From Tubiluchus corallicola (lineage: Eukaryota > Animalia > Priapulida), in contig JAQGDQ010000082.1 in the NCBI GenBank assembly GCA_030141605.1, forward strand, positions 248,001-312,000: 64,000 bases of DNA, in the 5' to 3' direction. Numbering within the stretch: the stretch's first letter is position 1; the number at the start of each line of letters is the position of its first letter. The position numbers and the translations under genes are program-made. Under the pieces are notes generated by a model. That model worked only from the letters and a program-made list of their open reading frames with translations, ran no database searches and was not told the origin of the DNA. Of this stretch, positions 1 to 11,355 are shown in pieces.

Positions 1-589
1 CCACTGGTGAAGTCACTTTCTGAAGGATCCTTACTGGCTCTGGATCTGGTTTGATATTGCGTTTACTAGGCCTACCCCAGCCTGTGAGTGTAACCATTTT
101 GCCTATGTACTTTCCCCTGTTGCATACTGGTAAAATAGCAGGTCCACAGGTGCCAATGTTGTCACAATTGATTCCCTGGTTTAGTTTAACAAGAGCAATG
201 TCATTAAGGAAAAATTTGTCATTGTAATTAGGATGCGTTACATAATATTCAACCCATCGCTTTCGAACAGTTTTTTCACGTTCAACGCTACCAATGAAAA
301 CTTTTGCGGTCTTCCCTTTCCTAGTGGGTATTTTAGTTCCGAGAAAGCAATGTGCAGCTGATAAAAACCACTCATCGTTGATAAGTACCCCTCCACAACG
401 GACCCTTTTGTCAAAATCAACCATAACTTGGTATGGAAATTCTCCTAGTCCGGCGTCTATGCCGCCTATAATTCTTGGAGATGTATCTATATCCGGAAAA
501 GGAATTTCTCTTGACTGGCACGCCATAAACCACGAAACAAGCATGAGTAGACCTAACACACTGCGAATGTAGTCACTCATGTCTCCCAT
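1..589 (-). CDS. S1A serine protease, type B copy 1 (3' part outside window)
   Basis: Translated by hand: MGDMSDYIRSVLGLLMLVSWFMACQS signal peptide, DIDTSPR|IIGG activation site, SAAHC, DIALVK. Near-identical to 2948-3787. ATG at 589 (alternative 580). Confidence 0.88.
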   Translation of the reverse strand, partial: MGDMSDYIRSVLGLLMLVSWFMACQSREIPFPDIDTSPRIIGGIDAGLGEFPYQVMVDFDKRVRCGGVLINDEWFLSAAHCFLGTKIPTRKGKTAKVFIGSVEREKTVRKRWVEYYVTHPNYNDKFFLNDIALVKLNQGINCDNIGTCGPAILPVCNRGKYIGKMVTLTGWGRPSKRNIKPDPEPVRILQKVTSPV

Positions 590-681
590 ATACTTAAAAT
601 AGACAGAAAAAATCTTGAACACCAATCAAGGTGGTGTTCTAGCGTTTTTGTATTGTGTTAGCGCCAATTCTCAACAAATGC

Positions 682-803
682 CTTTATATTTTTCATAAAC
701 AAATAAACAGAGCGCCGCAAGTTAGCAAGTACACCTGATTCAAAATTTAATGATTGTCCACATTATGAGTCACAATGTAGCAAGCTGAATGCTGTTTAAA
801 CTT
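682..803 (-). promoter_or_regulatory. Candidate protease promoter: TATAAAG plus a conserved block containing TGA(G/A)TCA
   Basis: TATAAAG on the minus strand at 682-688, about 95 bp upstream of the ATG. The block attatga(g/a)tcacaa.gtag.aa..tgaatg.tgtttaaactt is found upstream of every copy whose 5' end is visible. Confidence 0.5.
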
Positions 804-1209
804 TTTTGTTATACAGAAACTTGATTATGTTATGTAAACAGATAAATAGAATGCCTTAGGTCAGTAAGGAACAAACTGAAATATTCGCAAGAAAAATAAT
901 CAAATTCGGTCCAGGGCTAAGAAAAAGTTCATATGGTTAACATTGTCATACGACCATAAACTTCCTACCCATTATTTCCATTGCTAGTCTGGGTCCATGG
1001 CTACAAGAGTAAATAACTTTCTGTGTATCTTTTTAGCTCGAATAGAATTAAAGTTGGTATTAGTTCCAGAGTCAATTAAACTTGCAGCAATGTTGAGAAT
1101 CCTTGAAAAGGTTTTTGTTTGTTCATTCGTTTGCTTGTTCATTTGTTGTTTTGTAGTTATGTTAGTTAAAGATTGCCCACCGTTGGCATTTTTGCAGTTT
1201 GTTAAGTTT

Positions 1210-2025
1210 TTACGTAGTTGTAGACTGCTCATTTTTGATCCAGTCCAAGAAGCTGTCTAGTCTTGTAGCTACTGACGGGCCCTCACAACCAGGGGCAGTA
1301 TGACTAATGATTCCAATTACTTCTCCAGTTTTCTCTAGCGTCATAGGACCCCCAGAATCTCCTTTACAGGCACCACCATAAGATTCATTTGTATGGATAG
1401 TGAGATGGGAGGCAAAGGACACTGGTATGGTAACTTTCTGAAGAATGCTCTTGTGAACTACATCAATGTCCGTTTTGTTGGTTGCTCCCCAGCCAGTAAG
1501 TGTGACACTTTTGCCTTCGTATTTCATTCTACTACATACTGGCAGATGGGCGGGCTTATAGGTGTTAAAACTGCTTGCAAAATCGAGCTGCCTATTCAGT
1601 TTTACAAGAGCAATGTCGTAATGTAAAGTTTTGTTATTGTAATACTTATGCACTATATGCTCAGAAACCCATCGATCTTGAACAGTTTTTCCATATTCTA
1701 CACTGCCAATAAAAACTTTTATTGATGGTCCTTTACCATTATGAGGCACATGAGCCACGTAGTTATCAAAGCAGTGTGCTGCTGATAGTAACCAGTCTTC
1801 ATTGATAATGACCCCTCCGCAAATGTATCTTTTATCAAAATCAATCATAACTTGGTATGGAAATTCTCCTTGAATGACATCTGTGCCACCTATAATCCTT
1901 GGTGATATATCTATATCCAGTAAAGGAATGTCTCCGGATTTTTTTCGATTGTCTTTTGACTGACACACTCTAAACCACATAACAAGCACGACTAGGCCTA
2001 ACACACGGTGAATGTAGTCACTCAT
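1210..2025 (-). CDS. S1A serine protease, chimeric type A/C copy
   Basis: Intronless ORF with signal peptide, SPR|IIGG and the AAHC/DIALV/GDSGG triad. First ATG is at 2025 (the track start 2067 is GTG). Confidence 0.92.
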   Translation of the reverse strand: MSDYIHRVLGLVVLVMWFRVCQSKDNRKKSGDIPLLDIDISPRIIGGTDVIQGEFPYQVMIDFDKRYICGGVIINEDWLLSAAHCFDNYVAHVPHNGKGPSIKVFIGSVEYGKTVQDRWVSEHIVHKYYNNKTLHYDIALVKLNRQLDFASSFNTYKPAHLPVCSRMKYEGKSVTLTGWGATNKTDIDVVHKSILQKVTIPVSFASHLTIHTNESYGGACKGDSGGPMTLEKTGEVIGIISHTAPGCEGPSVATRLDSFLDWIKNEQSTTT

Positions 2026-2947
2026 TTTGACCGAACTCTTAAAATTCTGATGAAATATCTTGAACACTGCTCATGCTGCACCGGTCTCATGCAAGACAGC
2101 TTGAGTGGTAATGACATGAGTAGATTATTGTTCCAAAAGTCATTGTAAGATTATGGGTATTATGAATCACAAAGTAGTAAATTGAATGCTGTTTAAACTT
2201 TTTAAAAATATTTGAAAGACTATTCTAAAATCTCAGGTCTTTTGGATCACTCTGTGTAAAAGTACCTTTGTAAATGTTTAGTTTCAGTATTTGAAGTAAA
2301 TTAAGTTGTATTAGTCTGAATGCGGTGTCTAGTAGATTGTCTAGTAGTGCCGCTACTAACAAATATTTTCAGTGATTACCAATTCAAGCATTTGTAGAAA
2401 GGATTAAGACTTAAAACTTAATTCTATCATTTGTCTTAGTTAAAGCACGATGTTCGTGATTTGAAGTTAAATATTTATGTTTGTGTGAGTGAGTGAAATA
2501 ACTGGTGGAGATTTTCTGACGCACTGATAAGTTCACATTGAAATGACCTGTTACGACCGTCGCTAAATCTTAATGTAACATTACATGTACTTTCGTGAAC
2601 ATTTTCATTTTAATAATTTATTGAGTAATCATATATAAGAATAACACACATATAGGTAAAAATTACACAAAAATTAAGAAAATAAAAACTGATTCACTGC
2701 AAATGTGTCACAGCTAGAAAAATTTAAATAGTGCTATTTGAACCAGTCTGTAAGCCTTCCGGTTACATAATGTGGTTCATAAACTATTCATGCTAAAATG
2801 CTTCGTTTGATATTTCTACCAATGTGTTTTACTCACAAGGAAACAATTGTCTCGTACTAACATTAATCGAATAAACTAACATTTTACTGATTATATGACA
2901 TTTGATTAAATTTATTTTAGGCTAAATTGCAAAACACTTTGATGTCT

Positions 2948-3787
2948 CTATTTAAGAGTATTATATGACGGTGCAGTTTTCTGAGTTTTTGCATAGTAAT
3001 AAAATTGCTCGTCTTGAATCCAATCCAAATAGTTATCTACCCTAGTACATGTTGTTGGACCATTGCAATTTGGGCCAGTATGACTGATGATTCCAATTAC
3101 TTCTCCTGTTTCAAGCAACGTCATTGGACCTCCAGAATCTCCTGCACAGGCACCACCATAAGATTCATTTGTTTGGATAGTGAGATAGGAGGTTAAAGCC
3201 ACTGGTGAAGTCACTTTCTGAAGGATCCTTACTGGCTCTGGATCTGGTTTGATATTGCGTTTACTAGGCCTACCCCAGCCTGTGAGTGTAACCATTTTGC
3301 CTATGTACTTTCCCCTGTTGCATACTGGTAAAATAGCAGGTCCACAGGTGCCAATGTTGTCACAATTGATTCCCTGGTTTAGTTTAACAAGAGCAATGTC
3401 ATTAAGGAAAAATTTGTCATTGTAATTAGGATGCGTTACACAATATTCAACCCATCGCTTTCGAACAGTTTTTTCACGTTCAACGCTACCAATGAAAACT
3501 TTTGCGGTCTTCCCTTTCCTAGTGGGTATTTTAGTTCTGAGAAAGCAATGTGCAGCAGATAAAAACCACTCATCGTTGATAAGTACCCCTCCACAATAGA
3601 CCCCTTTGCCAAAATCAACCATAACTTGGTACGGAAATTCTCCTAGTCCGGCGTCTACGCCGCCTATAATTCTTGGAGATATATCTATATCCGGAAAGGG
3701 AATTTCTCTTGACTGGCACGCCATAAACCACGAAACAAGCATGAGTAGACCTAACACACTGCGAATGTAGTCACTCATGTCTCCCAT
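2948..3787 (-). CDS. S1A serine protease, type B copy 2
   Basis: Signal peptide, SPR|IIGG, full His/Asp/Ser triad. ATG at 3787 (alternative 3778). Confidence 0.92.
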   Translation of the reverse strand: MGDMSDYIRSVLGLLMLVSWFMACQSREIPFPDIDISPRIIGGVDAGLGEFPYQVMVDFGKGVYCGGVLINDEWFLSAAHCFLRTKIPTRKGKTAKVFIGSVEREKTVRKRWVEYCVTHPNYNDKFFLNDIALVKLNQGINCDNIGTCGPAILPVCNRGKYIGKMVTLTGWGRPSKRNIKPDPEPVRILQKVTSPVALTSYLTIQTNESYGGACAGDSGGPMTLLETGEVIGIISHTGPNCNGPTTCTRVDNYLDWIQDEQFYYYAKTQKTAPSYNTLK

Positions 3788-4406
3788 ACACTTAAAATAG
3801 ACAGAAAAAACCTTGAACACCAATCAAGGTGGTGTTCTAGCGTTTTTGTATTGTGTTAGCGCCAATTCTCAACAAATGCCTTTATATTTTTCATAAACAA
3901 ATAAACAGAGCGCCGCAAGTTAGCAAGTACACCTGATTCAAAATTTAATGATTGTCCACATTATGAGTCACAATGTAGCAAGCTGAATGCTGTTTAAACT
4001 TTTTTATTATACAGAAACTTGATTATGTTATGTAAACAGATAAATAGAATGCCTTAGGTCTGTAAGGAACAAACTGAAATATTCGCAAGAAAAATAATCA
4101 AATTCGGTCCAGGCTAAGAAAAAGTTCATATGGTTAACATTGTCATACGACCATAAACTTCCTACCCATTATTTCCATTGCTAGTCTGGGTCCATGGCTA
4201 CTAGAGTAAATAACTTTCTGTGTATCTTTTTAGCTCGAATAGAATTAAAGTTGGTATTAGTTCCAGAGTCAATTGAACTTGCAGCAATGTTGAGAATCCT
4301 TGAAAAGGTTTTTGTTTGTTCATTCGTTTGCTTGTTCATTTGTTGTTTTGTAGTTATGTTAGTTAAAGATTGCCCACCGTTGGCATTTTTGCAGTTTGTT
4401 AAGTTT

Positions 4407-4686
4407 TTACGTAGTTGTAGACTGCTCACTTTTGATCCAGTCCAAGAAGCTGTCTAGTCTTGTAGCTACTGACGGGCCCTCACAACCAGGGGCAGTATGA
4501 CTAATGATTCCAATTACTTCTCCAGTTTTCTCTAGCGTCATAGGACCCCCAGAATCTCCTTTACAGGCACCACCATAAGATTCATTTGTATGGATAGTGA
4601 GATGGGAGGCAAAGGACACTGGTATGGTAACTTTCTGAAGAATGCTCTTGTGAACTACATCAATGTCCGTTTTGTTGGTTGCTCCC
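4407..4686 (-). CDS. S1A serine protease, 3' part of a type C or A/C copy, interrupted by the assembly gap
   Basis: Encodes GGACKGDSGGP...WIKSEQSTTT*, matching the 3' end of 8771-9571. The 5' part runs into Ns. Confidence 0.8.
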
Positions 4687-5536
4687 NNNNNNNNNNNNNN
4701 NNNNNNNNNNNNNNNNNNNNNNNNNNNNNNNNNNNNNNNNNNNNNNNNNNNNNNNNNNNNNNNNNNNNNNNNNNNNNNNNNNNNNNNNNNNNNNNNNNNN
4801 NNNNNNNNNNNNNNNNNNNNNNNNNNNNNNNNNNNNNNNNNNNNNNNNNNNNNNNNNNNNNNNNNNNNNNNNNNNNNNNNNNNNNNNNNNNNNNNNNNNN
4901 NNNNNNNNNNNNNNNNNNNNNNNNNNNNNNNNNNNNNNNNNNNNNNNNNNNNNNNNNNNNNNNNNNNNNNNNNNNNNNNNNNNNNNNNNNNNNNNNNNNN
5001 NNNNNNNNNNNNNNNNNNNNNNNNNNNNNNNNNNNNNNNNNNNNNNNNNNNNNNNNNNNNNNNNNNNNNNNNNNNNNNNNNNNNNNNNNNNNNNNNNNNN
5101 NNNNNNNNNNNNNNNNNNNNNNNNNNNNNNNNNNNNNNNNNNNNNNNNNNNNNNNNNNNNNNNNNNNNNNNNNNNNNNNNNNNNNNNNNNNNNNNNNNNN
5201 NNNNNNNNNNNNNNNNNNNNNNNNNNNNNNNNNNNNNNNNNNNNNNNNNNNNNNNNNNNNNNNNNNNNNNNNNNNNNNNNNNNNNNNNNNNNNNNNNNNN
5301 NNNNNNNNNNNNNNNNNNNNNNNNNNNNNNNNNNNNNNNNNNNNNNNNNNNNNNNNNNNNNNNNNNNNNNNNNNNNNNNNNNNNNNNNNNNNNNNNNNNN
5401 NNNNNNNNNNNNNNNNNNNNNNNNNNNNNNNNNNNNNNNNNNNNNNNNNNNNNNNNNNNNNNNNNNNNNNNNNNNNNNNNNNNNNNNNNNNNNNNNNNNN
5501 NNNNNNNNNNNNNNNNNNNNNNNNNNNNNNNNNNNN
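4687..5536. other. Assembly gap (850 N)
   Basis: Run of N inside the tandem array, so true copy number is uncertain. Confidence 0.99.
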
Positions 5537-5541
5537 GTTAG

Positions 5542-6402
5542 TTAAAGATTGCCCACCGTTGGCATTTTTGCAGTTTGCTGTGCTCTTACGTAGTAGTAGA
5601 ACTGCTCGTCTTCTATCCAGTCCAAGAAGTTATCTAGTCTTGTAGCTACCGATGGACCATCACAACCACGGGAAGAATGACTGATGATTCCGATTACTTC
5701 TCCAGTTTCTTCTAAGGTCATAGGACCACCAGAGTCACCTTTACAGATACTGCCATAAAATTTATTTGTACGAATCTTAAGATTGGTAGCTAGAGTCACT
5801 GGCAAACTAACTTTCCGAAGGATGCCCTTGTGAGCAGTATCAATGTCCGTTTTGCTGGTTGCTCCCCAACCAGTGAGCGTAACAGTTTTGCCTTCGTATT
5901 TCATTCCTTTACATACTGGCAGATTAGCGGGCTCATAAAAGTTGAAGCTGCCTGCAAAATCAAGTTGCCTATCCAATTTTACAAGAGCAATGTCGTAATG
6001 AAAAGTTATGTTAGTATAATATTTATGTTTTATATATTCAAAAACCCATCGATCATGAACAGTTTTTCCATATTCTACACTGCCAATAAAAACTTTTATT
6101 AATGGCCCTTTCCCATTATGAGGCACGTGAGCCACATGCTTATCAAAGCAATGTGCTGCTGATAGTAACCAGTCTTCATTGATAATGACCCCTCCACAAA
6201 TGTATCTTTTATCAAAATCAATCATAACTTGGTATGGAAATTCTCCTTGAATGACATCTGTGCCACCTATAATCCTTGGTGATATATCTATATCCAGTAA
6301 AGGAATGTCTCCGGATTTTTTTCGATTGTCTTTTGACTGACACACTCTAAACCACATAACAAGCACGACTAGGCCTAACACACGGTGAATGTAGTCACTC
6401 AT
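5542..6402 (-). CDS. S1A serine protease, type A copy 1
   Basis: Signal peptide, SPR|IIGG, triad, YGSICKGDSGG. ATG at 6402. Confidence 0.92.
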   Translation of the reverse strand: MSDYIHRVLGLVVLVMWFRVCQSKDNRKKSGDIPLLDIDISPRIIGGTDVIQGEFPYQVMIDFDKRYICGGVIINEDWLLSAAHCFDKHVAHVPHNGKGPLIKVFIGSVEYGKTVHDRWVFEYIKHKYYTNITFHYDIALVKLDRQLDFAGSFNFYEPANLPVCKGMKYEGKTVTLTGWGATSKTDIDTAHKGILRKVSLPVTLATNLKIRTNKFYGSICKGDSGGPMTLEETGEVIGIISHSSRGCDGPSVATRLDNFLDWIEDEQFYYYVRAQQTAKMPTVGNL

Positions 6403-7324
6403 TTTGACCGAACTCTTAAAATTCTGATGAAATATCTTGAACACTGCTCATGCTGCACCGGTCTCATGCAAGACAGCTTGAGTGGTAATGACATGAGTAG
6501 ATTATTGTTCCAAAAGTCATTGTAAGATTATGGGTATTATGAATCACAAAGTAGTAAATTGAATGCTGTTTAAACTTTTTAAAAATATTTGAAAGACTAT
6601 TCTAAAATCTCAGGTCTTTTGGATCACTCTGTGTAAAAGTACCTTTGTAAATGTTTAGTTTCAGTATTTGAAGTAAATTAAGTTGTATTAGTCTGAATGC
6701 GGTGTCTAGTAGACTGTCTAGTAGTGCCGCTACTAACAAATATTTTCAGTGATTACCAATTCAAGCATTTGTAGAAAGGATTAAGACTTAAAACTTAATT
6801 CTATCATTTGTCTTAGTTAAAGCACGATGTTCGTGATTTGAAGTTAAATATTTATGTTTGTGTGAGTGAGTGAAATAACTGGTGGAGATTTTCTGACGCA
6901 CTGATAAGTTCACATTGAAATGACCTGTTACGACCGTCGCTAAATCTTAATGTAACATTACATGTACTTTCGTGAACATTTTCATTTTAATAATTTATTG
7001 AGTAATCATATATAAGAATAACACACATATAGGTAAAAATTACACAAAAATTAAGAAAATAAAAACTGATTCACTGCAAATGTGTCACAGCTAGAAAAAT
7101 TTAAATAGTGCTATTTGAACCAGTCTGTAAGCCTTCCGGTTACATAATGTGGTTCATAAACTATTCATGCTAAAATGCTTCGTTTGATATTTCTACCAAT
7201 GTGTTTTACTCACAAGGAAACAATTGTCTCGTACTAACATTAATCGAATAAACTAACATTTTACTGATTATATGACATTTGATTAAATTAATTTTAGGCT
7301 AAATTGCAAAACACTTTGATGTCT

Positions 7325-8149
7325 CTATTTAAGAGTATTATATGACGGTGCAGTTTTCTGAGTTTTTGCATAGTAATAAAATTGCTCGTCTTGAATCCAA
7401 TCCAAATAGTTATCTACCCTAGTACATACTGTTGGACCATTGCAATTTGAGCCAGTATGACTGATGATTCCAATTACTTCTCCTGTTTCAAGCAACGTCA
7501 TTGGACCTCCAGAATCTCCTACACAGGCACCACCATAAGATGAATTTGCTCGGATAGTGAGATAAGAGGTTAAAACCACTGATGAAGTCACTTTCTGAAG
7601 GATCCTTGGTTTGACATTGCGTTTGCTAGTCGTACCCCAGCCTGTGAGTGTAACCATTTTGCCTTTGTACTTTCCCCTGTTGCATACTGGTAAAATAGCA
7701 GGTCCACAGGTGCCAATTTTGTCACAATTGATTCCCTTGTTTAGTTTAACAAGAGCAATGTCATTAAGGAGAAATTTTTCATTGTAATTAGGATGCGTTA
7801 CATAATATTCAACCCATCGCTTTCGAACAGTTTTTTCACGTTCAACGCTACCAATGAAAACTTTTGCGGCTTTCCCTTTCGTAGTGTTTGATATAGTTTG
7901 GAGAAAGCAATGTGCAGCTGATAAAAACCACTCATCGTTGATAAGTACCCCTCCACAACGGACCCTTTTATCAAAATTAACCATAACTTGGTATGGAAAT
8001 TCTCCTACTTCGGCTTCTACGCCACCTATAATTCTTGGAGATATATCTATATCCGGAAAAGGAATTTCTCTTGACTGGCACACCATAAACCACGTAATAA
8101 GCATGAGTAGACCTAGCACACGACGAATGTAGTCACTCATGTTTCCCAT
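7325..8149 (-). CDS. S1A serine protease, type B copy 3
   Basis: Signal peptide, SPR|IIGG, triad. Has a 5-aa deletion (DPEPV) relative to the other B copies. ATG at 8149 (alternative 8140). Confidence 0.92.
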   Translation of the reverse strand: MGNMSDYIRRVLGLLMLITWFMVCQSREIPFPDIDISPRIIGGVEAEVGEFPYQVMVNFDKRVRCGGVLINDEWFLSAAHCFLQTISNTTKGKAAKVFIGSVEREKTVRKRWVEYYVTHPNYNEKFLLNDIALVKLNKGINCDKIGTCGPAILPVCNRGKYKGKMVTLTGWGTTSKRNVKPRILQKVTSSVVLTSYLTIRANSSYGGACVGDSGGPMTLLETGEVIGIISHTGSNCNGPTVCTRVDNYLDWIQDEQFYYYAKTQKTAPSYNTLK

Positions 8150-8770
8150 ATTCTTAAAATAGAGACAAAAAATCTTGAACACCAATCACGCTGAGCTGTT
8201 TTAGCGTTTTTGTATTGTGTTAGCGCCAATAATCAATAAATGCCTTTATATTTTTCATAAATAAATAAGCACAGCGCCGCAGGTTAGCAAGTACACCTGA
8301 TTCAAAATTTAATGATTGTCCACATTATGAGTCACAATGTAGCAAGCTGAATGCTGTTTAAACTTTTTTGTTATACAGAAACTTGATTATGTTATGTAAA
8401 CAGATAATTAGAATGTCTTAAGTCTCTAAGGAATGCGCTGAAATATTCGCAAGCAAAATAATCAAATTCGGTCCAGGCTAAGAAAAAGTTCATATGGTTA
8501 ACATTGTCATACGTCCATAAACTTCCTACCCATTATTTCCATTGCTAGTCTGGGTCCATGGCTACAAGAGTAAATAACTTTCTGTGTATCTTTTTAGCTC
8601 GAATAGAATTAAAGTTGGTATTAGTTCCAGAGTCAATTAAACTTGCAGCAATGTTGAGAATCCTTGAAAAGGTTTTTGTTTGTTCATTCGTTTGCTTGTT
8701 CATTTGTTGTTTTGTAGTTATGTTAGTTAAAGATTGCCCACCGTTGGCATTTTTGCAGTTTGTTAAGTTT

Positions 8771-9571
8771 TTACGTAGTTGTAGACTGCTCACTTTTGAT
8801 CCAGTCCAAGAAGCTGTCTAGTCTTGTAGCTACTGACGGGCCCTCACAACCAGGGGCAGTATGACTAATGATTCCAATTACTTCTCCAGTTTTCTCTAGC
8901 GTCATAGGACCCCCAGAATCTCCTTTACAGGCACCACCATAAGATTCATTTGTATGGATAGTGAGATGGGAGGCAAAGGACACTGGTATGGTAACTTTCT
9001 GAAGAATGCTCTTGTGAACTACATCAATGTCCGTTTTGTTGGTTGCTCCCCAGCCAGTAAGTGTAACACTTTTGCCTTCGTATTTCATTCTACTACATAC
9101 TGGCAGATGGGCGGGCTTATAGGTGTTAAAACTGCTTGCAAAATCGAGTTGCCTATTCAGTTTTACAAGAACAATGTCGTAATGTAAAGTTTTGTTATTG
9201 TAATACTTATGCACTATATGCTCAGAAACCCATCGATCTTGAACAGTTTTTCCATATTCTACACTGCCAATAAAAACTTTTATTGATGGTCCTTTACCAT
9301 TATGAGGCACATGAGCCACGTAGTTATCAAAGCAGTGTGCTGCTGATAGTAACCAGTCTTCATTGATAATGACCCCTCCGCAAATGCCACTATCATCAAA
9401 ATCAATCATAACTTGGTACGGAAATTCTCCTGGTTTGGCATCTGCACCTTTTATATCTATATCCGATAAAGGAATTTCTCTGGATCGTTTTCCAATGTCT
9501 CTTGACTGGCACATTGTAAACCATATGACAAACAGGAGTAGACCTAACACACGGTCAAAATAATCACCCAT
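8771..9571 (-). CDS. S1A serine protease homologue, type C, lacking the R|IIGG activation site
   Basis: Signal peptide and intact triad, but DIDIKGAD replaces DIDISPRIIGGxD. ATG at 9571. Confidence 0.85.
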   Translation of the reverse strand: MGDYFDRVLGLLLFVIWFTMCQSRDIGKRSREIPLSDIDIKGADAKPGEFPYQVMIDFDDSGICGGVIINEDWLLSAAHCFDNYVAHVPHNGKGPSIKVFIGSVEYGKTVQDRWVSEHIVHKYYNNKTLHYDIVLVKLNRQLDFASSFNTYKPAHLPVCSRMKYEGKSVTLTGWGATNKTDIDVVHKSILQKVTIPVSFASHLTIHTNESYGGACKGDSGGPMTLEKTGEVIGIISHTAPGCEGPSVATRLDSFLDWIKSEQSTTT

Positions 9572-10500
9572 TCTTTTCAAAAATATATCTTAGTGTTCTT
9601 ATTTCATGTTATAACTCATGTTTAACATATGTTTATAATATGAAGACAAAAGATTGTGAAATCAATCAAGCTAAGTTATTTTTTGTTTTGTTTTGTTTAT
9701 TTTTTGAATCGAGCAAAAAGCTCCTATATTTTTTATAAATAAATAAGATGTAGCGACCAAGCTTAACTGACACACTTTTTCTTCCAAGACATTGTAAGGC
9801 TTTTCACATTATGAATCACAATGTAGTAAGCTGAATGTTGTTTAAACTTGTTTATTTAGAAGCCTGATTATATTATGTAGACACAGAAGTAGAATATGTT
9901 TTATCATTAACATACAAACAGCAATATTCAATTAAAAAAATGAAGAAAATTATTGTCATATTCAGTCCAGTTTAATTAAAAAAGCTCGCGTGATTAGCAT
10001 TATGTCATAAAACTTAAACATTTACAATATTTCTAACCATTATTTATTTGTTGCCAGGTACCGTCCTGCAGTACAAGCAAACAGCAATATAATCAAAACT
10101 GGTATTAATCCCAGAGTCAGCTAAACTTGCAGTAATGTTAAAAATCCTGAAAGTGTTTATTTGTTTGCTTGTCATTCTGTCCGTTTGTCTGTTTATTTGT
10201 CTCATGGCCCCAAATAAATAAGTTTTACGAGCACATCATACTAGGAACCCCACTTTCTGGCGTATGCCACATCGCACTGTGTTTTTTGAACTTTGTTTCC
10301 AAGTGTGAATTGTATTTATTATAAATTGTGAGCTTTGCAACTTATATGGCAGTCTTTTTGAAAGTTTACACGAGGAAAGGTTGAGAAGTTTTAAGTAGTC
10401 ATTTTAATCTGAAATACGGTTTTTACTTATATTGAAGCAGTCTCACTAAATGTCTCGTTTGCGTTGAGTGGGTTTAGTTACACTGAAACAGTTTACTAAG

Positions 10501-11355
10501 TCATTTAAGCTGTGGCCCTTTTGCAGTTTGTTGTGCTTTTACGTAGTAGTAGAACTGCTCATCTTCTATCCAGTCCAAGAAGTTATCTAGTCTTGTAGCT
10601 ACCGATGGACCGTCACAACCACGGGAACAATGACTGAAGATTGCGATTACTTCTCCAGTTTCTTCTAAGGTCATAGGACCACCAGAGTCGCCTTTACAGA
10701 TACTGCAATAAAATTTATTTGTACGAATCTTAAGATTTGTAGCTAGAGTCACTGGCAAACTAACTTTCCGAAGGATGCCCTTGTGAGCGGTATCAATGTC
10801 CGTTTTGCTGGTCGCTCCCCAACCAGTGAGCGTAACACTTTTGCCTTTGTATTTCATTCCTTTACATACTGGCAGCTTAGCGGGCTCATAAAAGTTGAAG
10901 CTGCCGGCAAAATCAAGTTGCCTATCCAATTTTACAAGAGCAATGTCGTAATGAAAAGTTATGTTAGTATAATATTTATGTTTTATATACTCAAAAACCC
11001 ATCGATCATGAACAGTTTTTCCATATTCTACACTGCCAATAAAAACTTTTATTAACGGCCCTTTCCCATTATGAGGCACGTGAGCCACATGCTTATCAAA
11101 GCAATGTGCTGCTGATAGTAACCAGTCTTCATTGATAATGACCCCTCCACAAATGTATCTTTTATCAAAATCAATCATAACTTGGTATGGAAATTCTCCT
11201 TGAATGACATCTGTGCCACCTATAATCCTTGGTGATATATCTATATCCAGTAAAGGAATGTCTTCGGATTTTGTTCGATTGTCTTTTGACTGACACACTA
11301 TAAACCACATAACAAGCACGACTAGGCCTAACACACGGTGAATGTAGTCACTCAT
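10501..11355 (-). CDS. S1A serine protease, type A copy 2
   Basis: Signal peptide, SPR|IIGG, triad, YCSICKGDSGG. ATG at 11355. Confidence 0.92.
   Translation of the reverse strand: MSDYIHRVLGLVVLVMWFIVCQSKDNRTKSEDIPLLDIDISPRIIGGTDVIQGEFPYQVMIDFDKRYICGGVIINEDWLLSAAHCFDKHVAHVPHNGKGPLIKVFIGSVEYGKTVHDRWVFEYIKHKYYTNITFHYDIALVKLDRQLDFAGSFNFYEPAKLPVCKGMKYKGKSVTLTGWGATSKTDIDTAHKGILRKVSLPVTLATNLKIRTNKFYCSICKGDSGGPMTLEETGEVIAIFSHCSRGCDGPSVATRLDNFLDWIEDEQFYYYVKAQQTAKGPQLK

Noticed and set aside
984-1260. Recurrent 82-aa and 87-aa ORFs (also at 4181-4457, 8545-8821, 13321-13560) that could look like a small partner gene alternating with the proteases
   Set aside because: They overlap the protease 3' end or UTR, contain low-complexity ttgt repeats, and recur only because the spacer is duplicated. 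The diverged homologous spacer near 10021-10200 has no such ORF in the track.
4590-5645. Long ORFs made of X residues
   Set aside because: Artefacts of the N gap.
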